A stretch of DNA of 58,516 bases from an uncultured Candidatus Saccharibacteria bacterium (GCA_964484145.1 CAZAED010000003.1:1-58516), one strand, 5' to 3'. Counted from the first letter of the stretch, positions 34,404-42,982 are shown. Numbers and translations are program-made. The notes: a model not told the origin generated them from the letters alone.

Positions 34404-36373
34404 TGCAGAATGATGATTTAAAAATTCCCAAACCTCATAAAATTGGCAATATGTCTTTTTCTGTTTCTAAAGTTAATGCAGAAAAAAAAGATATACAACC
34501 ATTGGTACAAAAAGATGGGGCTGCTTTGCCGGTAAATAATCTTGCAAAGCCGGTGGCAGCGCAGCCGGTTTTTAAACCTGTGGTGGCTAACAACATTCCA
34601 CAAAGAGTTTTGCGACCACAGGCTAACCCTTTAATTGTTCGCGAGCCAATGCCCAAGCCCAAAGTTTTACAGCCACTCTCAAACACCCTTGCGCCCCAAA
34701 CTCCTGTGCCGCATCCACATACCGAATCACTGCCGCCGGTTTTTCCTAAGCACGAACAATCTCAAGATTCACTTATAAAAAAAACAACAACCAAAAAAGT
34801 TGTGTTGGTTATTTTAGACGGTTTTGGAGTGGCGCCTGCTGCTACCGGTAATGCTATTTTTAGAGCCCGTATTCCTAATTTAAATAACATGGTAAATAAT
34901 TACCCTTCTTTAACTCTGCAGGCCAGCGGCCCTTTAGTTGGTCTTCCTTGGGGCCAAATGGGTAATAGCGAAAGCGGGCATTTAAATATTGGAGCGGGTA
35001 GAATTGTGGGCGAAGACTTGCCGCGCATAACTATGGCTATACAAAACGGCGAGTTTTTTAAAAATCCGGTATTGCGTGGAGCTATTGAACACGCCAAAAA
35101 GAACAATTCAAAATTGCATTTGTTAGGTTTGGTGAGCGGCGGCGGAGTGCATAGTTTAGACGAACATATGTTCGCGCTTTTAGGCCTTTCGGCGGAAATG
35201 AACTTAAGCCGAATTTTTATTCATATGTTTACCGACGGTCGCGACACAGCGGAAAGGGTGGCTATGGAAGAGCTAGGTAAAGTTAAAGAAAGAATAAACC
35301 GAATTGGCGTTGGGGTAATCGCATCTGTTGGCGGCCGGTTTTATACTATGGATAGGGGAGGACACTGGAACCAAACTGAAAGTACTTACCAGGTTTTGGT
35401 AAACGGTAATGGCCCTAAGGCTGCTTCGGCCGAAGAAGTTATTTCAAATTCTTACCAAAAACAAATTTTTGACGAAATGATAGTGCCTACGGTTATAACT
35501 AATTTTGATCAAAAACCAGTGGCGCAAATTGAGGACAACGACGCGGTTATTTTCTTTAATTTTCGTCAGGACAGAGCACTACAATTAACGGAAATGTTTT
35601 TAGCGCCGCAAAATGTGCCGACTGAATTTAGGCATCCGGCTTTGCAAAATTTGTATTTTTGCACCATGACAGAATATTCGCAAAATTTGCAAACAGCAAA
35701 AATTGCTTTCCCACCAATGGATTTAAAAAATAATTTAGCCGAAGTACTTTCTAAAAACCATTTTACTCAGTTTCATATTGCGGAGAGCGAAAAGTACGCA
35801 CACGTAACTTCGTTTTTTAACTGCGGTAAAACAGACCCTTACCCAGGTGAAGAAAGGCATATTGTCACAAGTCCTAATAATGCGCGTAATTATACCGATA
35901 GTCCTCAAATGTCTGCTGAGGAACTGACCGATATACTCACCCAAAAAATTACCGGCACAAATACTAATTTTTTTGTGGCTAATTATGCAAATTGCGATAT
36001 GGTGGGCCATACGGGTAATTTACAGGCCTCAATTAAAGCTGTAGAGTTTATAGATCAATGTATAAAACAAGTTATGGACGCGGCGCTTTTAACAGATGCT
36101 ACATTAATTATTACGGCAGATCATGGCAACGTAGAAGAAATGATATCTTCACAAACCGGAGAAATAGATAAAGATCATACCACTAACCCAGTGCCTTGCC
36201 TTTTAATTAGCAATAGTTTAAAGTTTAAGAGTCCTTTAGGCCTTAATTTTGAAAGTTTGTCCGGGGAGATGCCAAATGGCGTAATTTCCGACATTGCCCC
36301 GACTATATTAGGATTATTAGACTTAGAAAAGCCGGAAGAAATGACGGGGATAAATTTATTGGAAATTATTTAG
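34403..36373 (+). CDS. gpmI: 2,3-bisphosphoglycerate-independent phosphoglycerate mutase with ~130-aa Pro-rich N-terminal extension
   Basis: The iPGM core starts at VVLVILDGFG. NSE-GH-N-GAGR and ADHGN motifs are present. The TAATG overlap with the upstream gene supports the far-upstream start. Confidence 0.88.
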   Translation: MQNDDLKIPKPHKIGNMSFSVSKVNAEKKDIQPLVQKDGAALPVNNLAKPVAAQPVFKPVVANNIPQRVLRPQANPLIVREPMPKPKVLQPLSNTLAPQTPVPHPHTESLPPVFPKHEQSQDSLIKKTTTKKVVLVILDGFGVAPAATGNAIFRARIPNLNNMVNNYPSLTLQASGPLVGLPWGQMGNSESGHLNIGAGRIVGEDLPRITMAIQNGEFFKNPVLRGAIEHAKKNNSKLHLLGLVSGGGVHSLDEHMFALLGLSAEMNLSRIFIHMFTDGRDTAERVAMEELGKVKERINRIGVGVIASVGGRFYTMDRGGHWNQTESTYQVLVNGNGPKAASAEEVISNSYQKQIFDEMIVPTVITNFDQKPVAQIEDNDAVIFFNFRQDRALQLTEMFLAPQNVPTEFRHPALQNLYFCTMTEYSQNLQTAKIAFPPMDLKNNLAEVLSKNHFTQFHIAESEKYAHVTSFFNCGKTDPYPGEERHIVTSPNNARNYTDSPQMSAEELTDILTQKITGTNTNFFVANYANCDMVGHTGNLQASIKAVEFIDQCIKQVMDAALLTDATLIITADHGNVEEMISSQTGEIDKDHTTNPVPCLLISNSLKFKSPLGLNFESLSGEMPNGVISDIAPTILGLLDLEKPEEMTGINLLEII

Positions 36374-36445
36374 TTGGTAGTAAATAGTAGGTAGTAAGTA
36401 GCCTGCATGACTACCAACTACCCACTACCAACTACTTACTAACCT
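36374..36445 (+). repeat. word-hairpin, family H (GGTAGTAAGTAG / CTACTTACTACC-type)
   Basis: A C-free 5' arm faces a G-free 3' arm, ACTACCAACTACCCACTACCAACTACTTACTAACC. Confidence 0.88.
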
Positions 36446-38161
36446 ATGAAAATTTGGAAACTAAAAAATACTATACCTGCCGAACTATCGGAAATATACA
36501 AAGATTACCCAACCTTGCTTGCCCAATTGCTTTTTGATAGAGGGCTTAGGGAAAAAGAAGAAATTCAAAAATTTATTACTGCTAATTACCAAGAGGGCTT
36601 AAACAGCCCCTTTTTGTTCGGTGATATGGAAAAAGCGGTTAACAGAATTTGGCAGGCTATAGAAAGTAACGAAAAAATTACTATTTACGGGGACTATGAC
36701 GCAGATGCTGTAACAGCAAACGCTGTTCTTAGGCAGACTTTTAGTTATTTGGGAGCAAATGCGGATAGCTATATTCCGGACAGATTTGCGGAAGGTTATG
36801 GGGTTAACTTAGAAGCACTTTTTAAAATTAAGGCCAACGGGACTTCTTTAATTATTACAGTAGATTGTGGGACTAACTCTGTAGATGCGGCCGAATGGGC
36901 GAAAGAAAACGGAGTCGATTTTATAATTACCGACCACCACGAAATAATTGGAGAAACGCCAAAAGCTTTTGCGCTAATAAACCCTAAAAACCCAAATGAC
37001 AAGTATCCAGACGACCAAATTGTAGGCGTGGGGGTTGCGTTCAAAATCGCTCAAGCGATTTTGACAAGTGAAAAGTGTAAAGTGCAAAGTAAAAAGTACA
37101 TCGAAGGCTATGAAAAGTGGCTACTTGATTTAGTGGCGATTGGTACGGTGGCGGACTGCCATAAACTTTTGGGGGAGAATAGGGTTTTTGTAAAATACGG
37201 CCTAAAAGTTTTGCAAAAAACCAAATGGGTTGGTCTTAAGGCGCTTATTGAATCTTCAAAGTTGGATTTTAGTAAGCAGCCGCCTGACACCTACAGTTTG
37301 GGTTTTGTTATAGCACCGCGGCTTAACGCGGCCGGACGACTTGAACATGCTAACGTAGCCTTAAATTTGTTGCTCGAAGCTGACCCTGAAAAAGCAAAAG
37401 AAATGGCGCAAAATTTAGAAGAAATAAATTTGCGAAGGCAGGAAATAACCGCGCGCATTATGAGCGAGGCCAGAGAGCAGGCAGAAACTATAAAGCATAG
37501 AAAAGTTTTGGTAATGATGTCTCAGGGCTGGCATAAGGGGGTGGTAGGCTTGGTAGCCGGCAAGATAGCAGAAGAGTTTTATAAGCCCACAATAGTTTTA
37601 GAAAAGGGTGAGGTTGAGGCTACCGGTTCAGCTAGAAGTGTAGGTGAATTTAATGTGGTAGAAGCTTTAAAGTATTCAAGTAGCCACTTAATTCGTTTTG
37701 GTGGACATAAGCAAGCGGCTGGACTTACGCTGAATATAGAAAATTTTGAAATATTCTACCAAACTCTTCTGGATTTTGCTGAGAATAATGCTAATGGCGA
37801 CCAAGGTCCTGTTTTATATCTTGATTCTGAACTTTCCGCGGAAGACTTACAACTTACAACTTACAACTTAATAACTGCTCTGGAGCCTTTTGGAGTTGGT
37901 AACCCCAAGCCCAAATTTTTAGTAAAAAATGTTAAAATAATAAGTAAGAAAACAGTAGGGCAAAAAGCTCAGCATTTACAATTACAAATTTTAGCTGGTG
38001 AAAAACAAATATCTTGCATTGCCTTTAATTTCGGCGACAGATCAAATAGCTTAAATATACACGACGAAATAGATTTGGCTTGCGAGCTTTTGCTCGACAG
38101 TTGGAACGGTCGGGAAAATTTAAAATTAAGAATAATAGATATTAGAAATAATTTAAATTAA
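36446..38161 (+). CDS. recJ: single-stranded-DNA-specific exonuclease RecJ
   Basis: DHH-family motifs (GDYDADAV, VDCG, ITDHHE), GGH--AAG and GVGNPKP motifs. Confidence 0.93.
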   Translation: MKIWKLKNTIPAELSEIYKDYPTLLAQLLFDRGLREKEEIQKFITANYQEGLNSPFLFGDMEKAVNRIWQAIESNEKITIYGDYDADAVTANAVLRQTFSYLGANADSYIPDRFAEGYGVNLEALFKIKANGTSLIITVDCGTNSVDAAEWAKENGVDFIITDHHEIIGETPKAFALINPKNPNDKYPDDQIVGVGVAFKIAQAILTSEKCKVQSKKYIEGYEKWLLDLVAIGTVADCHKLLGENRVFVKYGLKVLQKTKWVGLKALIESSKLDFSKQPPDTYSLGFVIAPRLNAAGRLEHANVALNLLLEADPEKAKEMAQNLEEINLRRQEITARIMSEAREQAETIKHRKVLVMMSQGWHKGVVGLVAGKIAEEFYKPTIVLEKGEVEATGSARSVGEFNVVEALKYSSSHLIRFGGHKQAAGLTLNIENFEIFYQTLLDFAENNANGDQGPVLYLDSELSAEDLQLTTYNLITALEPFGVGNPKPKFLVKNVKIISKKTVGQKAQHLQLQILAGEKQISCIAFNFGDRSNSLNIHDEIDLACELLLDSWNGRENLKLRIIDIRNNLN

Positions 38162-38240
38162 TTTAAGCATATAAACATCTAAGCATACAAGCATGCGAAG
38201 TTACTTCTATGATTAAATGCTTTAATGTTTATATGTTTTA
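38162..38240 (+). repeat. word-hairpin (AAGCATATAAACAT / ATGTTTATATG)
   Basis: AAGCATATAAACATCTAAGCAT faces ATGCTTTAATGTTTATATGTTTT. Confidence 0.8.
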
Positions 38241-38672
38241 ATGAACACAATGAAACTAATTATAAATACAGACGGTGGTTCCAGAGGCAACCCTGGCCCT
38301 TCGGGCATTGGGGTGGTAATTCGAGATGAAAAAGGTATGGTTATTAGCGAGCACAAAAAATATATTGGCGAAACCACAAATAATCAGGCGGAATACAAAG
38401 CACTAATATTGGGCTTAGAAGAAGTTGGGAAAATATCCAATATCCAATATCCAATATCCAATCTTGAAGTTCGAATGGATAGTGAGCTTATAGTTAGGCA
38501 AATGCAAGGCCGTTATAAAATAAAAGACCAAGGGCTTAAACCCTTAGCTGACATTGTTTTAAAACTTTGTAAAAATTTTGAAAAAGTTGAATTTTGCCAC
38601 GTGCCAAGAGCGCAGAATTCAGACGCTGACAGGCTGGTAAATGAGGCTATAGACGAAGAGAAAAACAATTGA
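38241..38672 (+). CDS. rnhA: RNase H (type 1, RNase HI-like)
   Basis: TDGGSRGNPGPSG, NNQAEY-AL, DSEL and NS-AD-L motifs. Contains an (ATATCCA)4 tandem repeat in frame. Confidence 0.85.
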   Translation: MNTMKLIINTDGGSRGNPGPSGIGVVIRDEKGMVISEHKKYIGETTNNQAEYKALILGLEEVGKISNIQYPISNLEVRMDSELIVRQMQGRYKIKDQGLKPLADIVLKLCKNFEKVEFCHVPRAQNSDADRLVNEAIDEEKNN

Positions 38673-38750
38673 CATTTGAACATTAACAATGTTAATGCCT
38701 AGAAACTAAACGTTATATGTTAAATGTCAAAGGTAAAATGTTTGAAATAA

Positions 38751-40040
38751 CTATCGTATTTCAATTACCTTTAATTCCTCGCCGTCTAATATAAATAGCC
38801 GCCGATTTTCTTGATCGGCCATTATTTTTTTTATATTTTGTCCTTGGTACAAGACACAACTATTTTGCGCGTCGCGAGAGTCGAGTTCAAGGGCTTCAAC
38901 AACTTGATTTTTTTGCCAAATAGCGTAACCTAGGTTGCTGGCAATCAGAGGGTGGTGAATTTTTTCGCTGGTTCGAGAAATTAGCTTTTGTTGGTTTGAG
39001 CCAAAATCAAAAAAATCGATTTCGCCATTTCCATAATAAATTAAATTTGGACTGCTTTGGTCAAAGCCTATTTCTTGGGCTGCGCCTAATACTTTTGTCG
39101 TGAGCCCTACTTGGTGTAATTGTCCGTCGCCCAAAACAAAAATTTGTTTTTGTTCGGTAATAAATAGCTTTGCTTCCGAAAATTTTGGAAGTTCAGCTAT
39201 TTTGTTTATTTGGCTCGGACTATTTATTGCAAAGTTTAGTAAGATTGAACTATTTTCTTCTTTGCTTAGCACGTAACCGTCTCCAGAAAGTAAGCTAAAA
39301 TCCAGAATATTTGTAAATAATGGGTTTTTAATACCAGTTTTGGGCTCGAAGGAATATAGGGTATTTTTAGACAAAATAAAATAACTGCCACCAAGTCCAA
39401 GTATTTTATTTACATCTTTATTGTCACCGGGGATTTCTTTAATGCTGCCGCTATTTTGTTCAAATACAGAAAATTGTCTTGCCGAGGCAGAATATTCAGA
39501 ATTAATTAAATACTCTGAATCGTTGCTAAGTAGTGTAATATTTGTCCCGAGGTCTGTTAGAGGGTATTTTTTATTGCTTAAATTTTTTAAAGAAATTACA
39601 TTCAAACTGTCAGGTTTTAAGGTTAGAACTGAATTATTTTTGTAATAAAAATCTATAACGCCGGTATCTAGTTGTTTAGCTTCCGGTAAGTATTTTAGTA
39701 AATAAATTTTTCCGTCAAACGGACTGGCCCAAGTTACTTCGCCTGGGTTTACCGGCAGACGTTTTTGCCAAGAACAGTAAGTAGGGAATTCAAATTTTAA
39801 GCTGTAGTCTTTTGGTTTTAAAAAACGTAGAGTATTTACAGGTTGTTTTTTGAGTGAGCCATCCAAAAAAATATTTGGTTCTTTGGGTTCGGTTATAAAG
39901 GCCAAAATACCGGTTTTTGTTAGCGTACCTTTATGCCAATTGAAATCTAATCCCATAGAATAAAAAATTGTTGCCGGCGCTAATACTGCAAACAAAATTA
40001 GGCATATGAAAATTAGTAAGTACCTTGAGCGTTTGGACAT
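38751..40040 (-). CDS. membrane-anchored PEGA-domain-like protein
   Basis: The start is set at MSKRSRYLLIF (ATG at 40040-40038). The longer tracked ORF would overlap mreB and its promoter. Has a TM anchor followed by a PEGA-like segment (I-TEPKEPNIFLDG). Confidence 0.7.
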   Translation of the reverse strand: MSKRSRYLLIFICLILFAVLAPATIFYSMGLDFNWHKGTLTKTGILAFITEPKEPNIFLDGSLKKQPVNTLRFLKPKDYSLKFEFPTYCSWQKRLPVNPGEVTWASPFDGKIYLLKYLPEAKQLDTGVIDFYYKNNSVLTLKPDSLNVISLKNLSNKKYPLTDLGTNITLLSNDSEYLINSEYSASARQFSVFEQNSGSIKEIPGDNKDVNKILGLGGSYFILSKNTLYSFEPKTGIKNPLFTNILDFSLLSGDGYVLSKEENSSILLNFAINSPSQINKIAELPKFSEAKLFITEQKQIFVLGDGQLHQVGLTTKVLGAAQEIGFDQSSPNLIYYGNGEIDFFDFGSNQQKLISRTSEKIHHPLIASNLGYAIWQKNQVVEALELDSRDAQNSCVLYQGQNIKKIMADQENRRLFILDGEELKVIEIR

Positions 40041-40069
40041 ATACCCTAATTTTAGCCTAAAACAGGCAG

Positions 40070-40098
40070 TTGTTACAAATCCGAATGTTGTATATAAT
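40070..40098 (+). promoter_or_regulatory. sigma70-like promoter for mreB
   Basis: TTGTTA-17 nt-TATAAT. Confidence 0.6.
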
Positions 40099-40200
40099 AG
40101 ATCGGTAGCAATACTAATCATTGACAAAATTGAGCAAGATTGACATGACTGACAAGATTTGGTCATTCCTAATCTTTTAAATTTTCTCAATCTTACCACC

Positions 40201-41208
40201 TTGTTTGAATCTAAAGTCGGCATAGATTTAGGTACGGCCAACACCTTAGTTTATTTGCCTAAAAAAGGAATAATAATAAACGAACCAACAGTTGTGGCAA
40301 TTTCTTTGGCTGACAATAAAGTTTTAGCCGTGGGCCAGGAAGCTAAAGAAATGCTTGGACGAACTCCTGAAACCATAGTAGCGAGCAGGCCTATGAAGGA
40401 CGGAGTAATTGCCGACTACCGCGTGACGGAAGCCATGCTAAGGTATTTTATAAATAAAGCTTTGGGCAAGGTTCGGTTTTTTAGGCCGGAAGTTATGATT
40501 TCGGTCCCAGGTGGAATTACTTCTACTGAGCGTAGAGCAGTTATAGAAGCAGCCCAGGCCGCAGGCGCGCGCGCAGCGTACGTAATAAAAGAAACTGTAG
40601 CGGCAGCCATTGGCGCCGGAATTCCCATTGCAGAAGCTAGGGGTAATTTAATTATTGACATAGGCGGAGGCACAACAGACGTTGCCGTACTTTCTTTGGG
40701 TGGTATTGTTAATTCGACTTCGGTAAGGGTAGCTGGTAACCGTTTAGACCAGGCAATAATTGAGTACGTTAGAAAAAAACAGGGTATAGCCATTGGCGAC
40801 AGAACCGCCGAAGAAATTAAAATAAATATTGGTAGCGCTTTGCCGGTAAAAGAAGAAGAGATTATGGAAATAAAAGGGCGTGATATGGTAACTGGCCTAC
40901 CAAAGACAGTAAATGTTTCCACAAACGAAATTGTGGATGCGCTTAACGAAGAGTTGTACGAAATTGCGCGCGCAGTAAAAACCGTACTTCAGGATACTCC
41001 GCCAGAGCTTGCTTCCGACATTATAGAAAAAGGTATGGTCATGACAGGAGGTAGCGCCCTGCTTAGGAATTTAGACAAGTACATAAGCCAAAGTGTTGGT
41101 GTTCCTTGCTATGTTGCCGAAGAAGCGCTTTTGTGCGTAGCTAAAGGAACTGGCGTAGCTTTAGACAACTTAGATAGTTATAAGCGAAGTATATTGAGTG
41201 TAAGATAA
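40201..41208 (+). CDS. mreB: rod shape-determining protein MreB
   Basis: IGIDLGTANTLVY, DIGGGTTD and MTGGSALL motifs. There is no in-frame ATG near the N-terminus. A TTG at 40201 gives a canonical (M)FESKVGIDLG start. Confidence 0.9.
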   Translation: MFESKVGIDLGTANTLVYLPKKGIIINEPTVVAISLADNKVLAVGQEAKEMLGRTPETIVASRPMKDGVIADYRVTEAMLRYFINKALGKVRFFRPEVMISVPGGITSTERRAVIEAAQAAGARAAYVIKETVAAAIGAGIPIAEARGNLIIDIGGGTTDVAVLSLGGIVNSTSVRVAGNRLDQAIIEYVRKKQGIAIGDRTAEEIKINIGSALPVKEEEIMEIKGRDMVTGLPKTVNVSTNEIVDALNEELYEIARAVKTVLQDTPPELASDIIEKGMVMTGGSALLRNLDKYISQSVGVPCYVAEEALLCVAKGTGVALDNLDSYKRSILSVR

Positions 41209-41292
41209 AATAAATGACAAAAACATAACTGCAGATGTATCTAAATTTTTGTCATTTTTGCTCATTTTTTTAATTTTTGTCATTTGTTTGTC
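41209..41292 (+). repeat. word-hairpin, family E with CTGCAG loop
   Basis: AAATGACAAAAACATAA-CTGCAG-ATG...TTTTTGTCATTTTTGCTCATTTTTTTAATTTTTGTCATTTG. Confidence 0.85.
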
Positions 41293-41308
41293 TTACTTTT
41301 CCACAGAT

Positions 41309-41340
41309 ATAAAATTGCCAAACTGGCAATTTTATTTTAT
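41309..41340 (+). terminator. intrinsic terminator after mreB
   Basis: AAAATTGCCA-AAC-TGGCAATTTTATTTT. Confidence 0.8.
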
Positions 41341-41379
41341 AATAAATATAAATTCAAACACTTATAAAATCAAAATAAA

Positions 41380-41889
41380 ATGATTAACGCATTTAGGAGA
41401 TCGGCGTACTTGTTTCTTTCTGGCCTTATGGGCTTGTTAATGTTTTTTATTCTTCACAGAATAGCTGTATTTTTTTATTTGCTTTTTGCTACCTTTAGCG
41501 ACACCGCTTTTGCTTACTACAGTTTTATTTTTTGGGACTATATAACATTAAGTGTTGCCTTAATTGTCGGCGCTATTTATGGAATTTGGGTCGGCAGATA
41601 TTGGTACAAGTCCGTGTACCATGAAAATGCGCATGGAGGTTTGGTTTCGTATATTAATGCCTGGATGTGGAATGACAAGCCGGTAAAAATAGAAGTCTAT
41701 AAACATAAGCTAGAAGAGGCAACAGCAAGAATAGAGGCAGATTTGCTTAAGCTAGAAAGAGTTGAACAAGAATTTCCAATTGTCTTAAAGCCTAAAGCTA
41801 TAAAAAGAACTTTGGCTTCAGCAAAGAAACCGGCAGTAAAGCGAACTTTGAGAGCTAAAACTGTCTCTAAAGCTAAGGTTAAGGCGTAA
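41380..41889 (+). CDS. hypothetical membrane protein with Lys-rich tail
   Basis: Three TM helices, then a coiled/basic C-terminus. Confidence 0.65.
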   Translation: MINAFRRSAYLFLSGLMGLLMFFILHRIAVFFYLLFATFSDTAFAYYSFIFWDYITLSVALIVGAIYGIWVGRYWYKSVYHENAHGGLVSYINAWMWNDKPVKIEVYKHKLEEATARIEADLLKLERVEQEFPIVLKPKAIKRTLASAKKPAVKRTLRAKTVSKAKVKA

Positions 41890-41918
41890 TTTTAAAAGGC
41901 GCCAAAAGCATTCGCCAA

Positions 41919-42296
41919 ATGACACTAAAAAGCTTTTTTTTTATAACACTTTTGTCCTTTGTAGGACTTTTTGCTCTAAAATATTTTTACTTTCAGGGTA
42001 GTTTTGGTCAAGGGGAAACAGGGTACTATATTTATTTTGGATTGGTATTTTTTTTAAGTCTGGTGCTTGCCAGGCGCATAGGTGTTATAACATTTTTGGA
42101 AGCCGCGTTCGTGGCTTTTTTTTGGTTCGTGGTGTTTTTGTTTTTAGACCTGTTAATTACATCGGCATTTTTAGGGACTGTCATATTTAAGTCTTGGGAG
42201 TTTTGGATAGGGCATTTAGTTGCTTCCGGGGTTGTATTTTTATTCCATAAAAAGCGCTACATTGAAACCCGTAAAAAAATGCACGCCCACCACTAA
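41919..42296 (+). CDS. hypothetical membrane protein
   Basis: Four TM helices. Confidence 0.65.
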   Translation: MTLKSFFFITLLSFVGLFALKYFYFQGSFGQGETGYYIYFGLVFFLSLVLARRIGVITFLEAAFVAFFWFVVFLFLDLLITSAFLGTVIFKSWEFWIGHLVASGVVFLFHKKRYIETRKKMHAHH

Positions 42297-42327
42297 TAAG
42301 TAACCTTTGGTAATTGACAACATTGAT

Positions 42328-42355
42328 TTGACATTCTGACTAAAGGTGGTAAACT
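42328..42355 (+). promoter_or_regulatory. sigma70-like promoter with extended -10
   Basis: TTGACA-16 nt (ending in TGG)-TAAACT. Confidence 0.5.
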
Positions 42356-42363
42356 AGCTATAA

Positions 42364-42604
42364 TAAAATATTATAAAGCACTAAACATTCGGCCTCGCAC
42401 GCCGAAACGCTGGCAGGGGAATATCTTGCACGGTCAGCCTACGCCGTAGAAATAGGTAAAAAGAGTTCGCTATTGTTGTCTGATCGCCTATTAATCGGCA
42501 CGCTACAACATAAGTGAAAATCGAGGTGGTACCGCGGAAGCGATAATATATCGTAAACCCGACCTTGAAAACAATTTTTTGTTTTTGGGGACGGGTTTTT
42601 GTTT
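42364..42604 (+). promoter_or_regulatory. T-box-like transcription-attenuation leader
   Basis: GAGGTGGTACCGCGG at 42523-42537 matches the T-box core GGGTGGNACCGCG. The flanks UCGAGG and CCUUGA can close an antiterminator around a UGGUACC bulge. CCUUGA is also part of the 5' strand of the terminator at 42555-42598. Confidence 0.5.
42555..42604 (+). terminator. intrinsic terminator of the leader
   Basis: AAACCCGACCTTGAAAACA...TGTTTTTGGGGACGGGTTT followed by TTGTTT. Confidence 0.7.
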
Positions 42605-42634
42605 GGAAAATCTATAATTAGGGAGAAGGGATAA

Positions 42635-42901
42635 ATGTGGCATCATCATAAGGAGCCGCTGAGGGTGGGACTCTTTGGGTATGATTGGAGAGATAGAATT
42701 GTTCAGGAATTGGCAAGAGTTAGGGGGCATCAGGTTATTTGGATTGCCCATATCCACCAGGCAGGGATTGTTTTGGACTTTTTATTGGACGACCCGCCGG
42801 ACATCCTAGTTGTCCACCCTTTAGCGCGTGTTAATTTCCCTCTGCTATTGTCCCCCCAGGCGGTAGTAGTAATCGGCCCGTCTCGGGCCAAAACAAGGTG
42901 A
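42635..42901 (+). CDS. orphan 88-aa protein in high-GC island 1
   Basis: Strong RBS GGGAGAAGGG at 42621-42630, four nt before the ATG. An intrinsic terminator lies directly downstream. Composition is R/P/W/H-rich, unlike the neighbouring genes. Confidence 0.55.
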   Translation: MWHHHKEPLRVGLFGYDWRDRIVQELARVRGHQVIWIAHIHQAGIVLDFLLDDPPDILVVHPLARVNFPLLLSPQAVVVIGPSRAKTR

Positions 42902-42909
42902 CGCAAAGG

Positions 42910-42955
42910 GCGCCGTGAAGGGTTATTATGTACCCGCGCGGCGCTTGTTTTTGTT
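42910..42955 (+). terminator. intrinsic terminator after island-1 ORF
   Basis: GCGCCG...CGGCGC stem followed by TTGTTTTTGTT. Confidence 0.75.
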
Positions 42956-42982
42956 GACATAAGGTGAACTATCGTTTACTAT
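42954..42982 (+). promoter_or_regulatory. sigma70-like promoter for dinB
   Basis: TTGACA-17 nt-TACTAT. Confidence 0.5.

Noticed and set aside
42503-42960. Minus-strand ORFs 42503-42757 and 42730-42960 in island 1
   Set aside because: They would run antisense through the T-box-like leader and terminators, and they lack an RBS. The plus-strand ORF has a strong RBS and a terminator.
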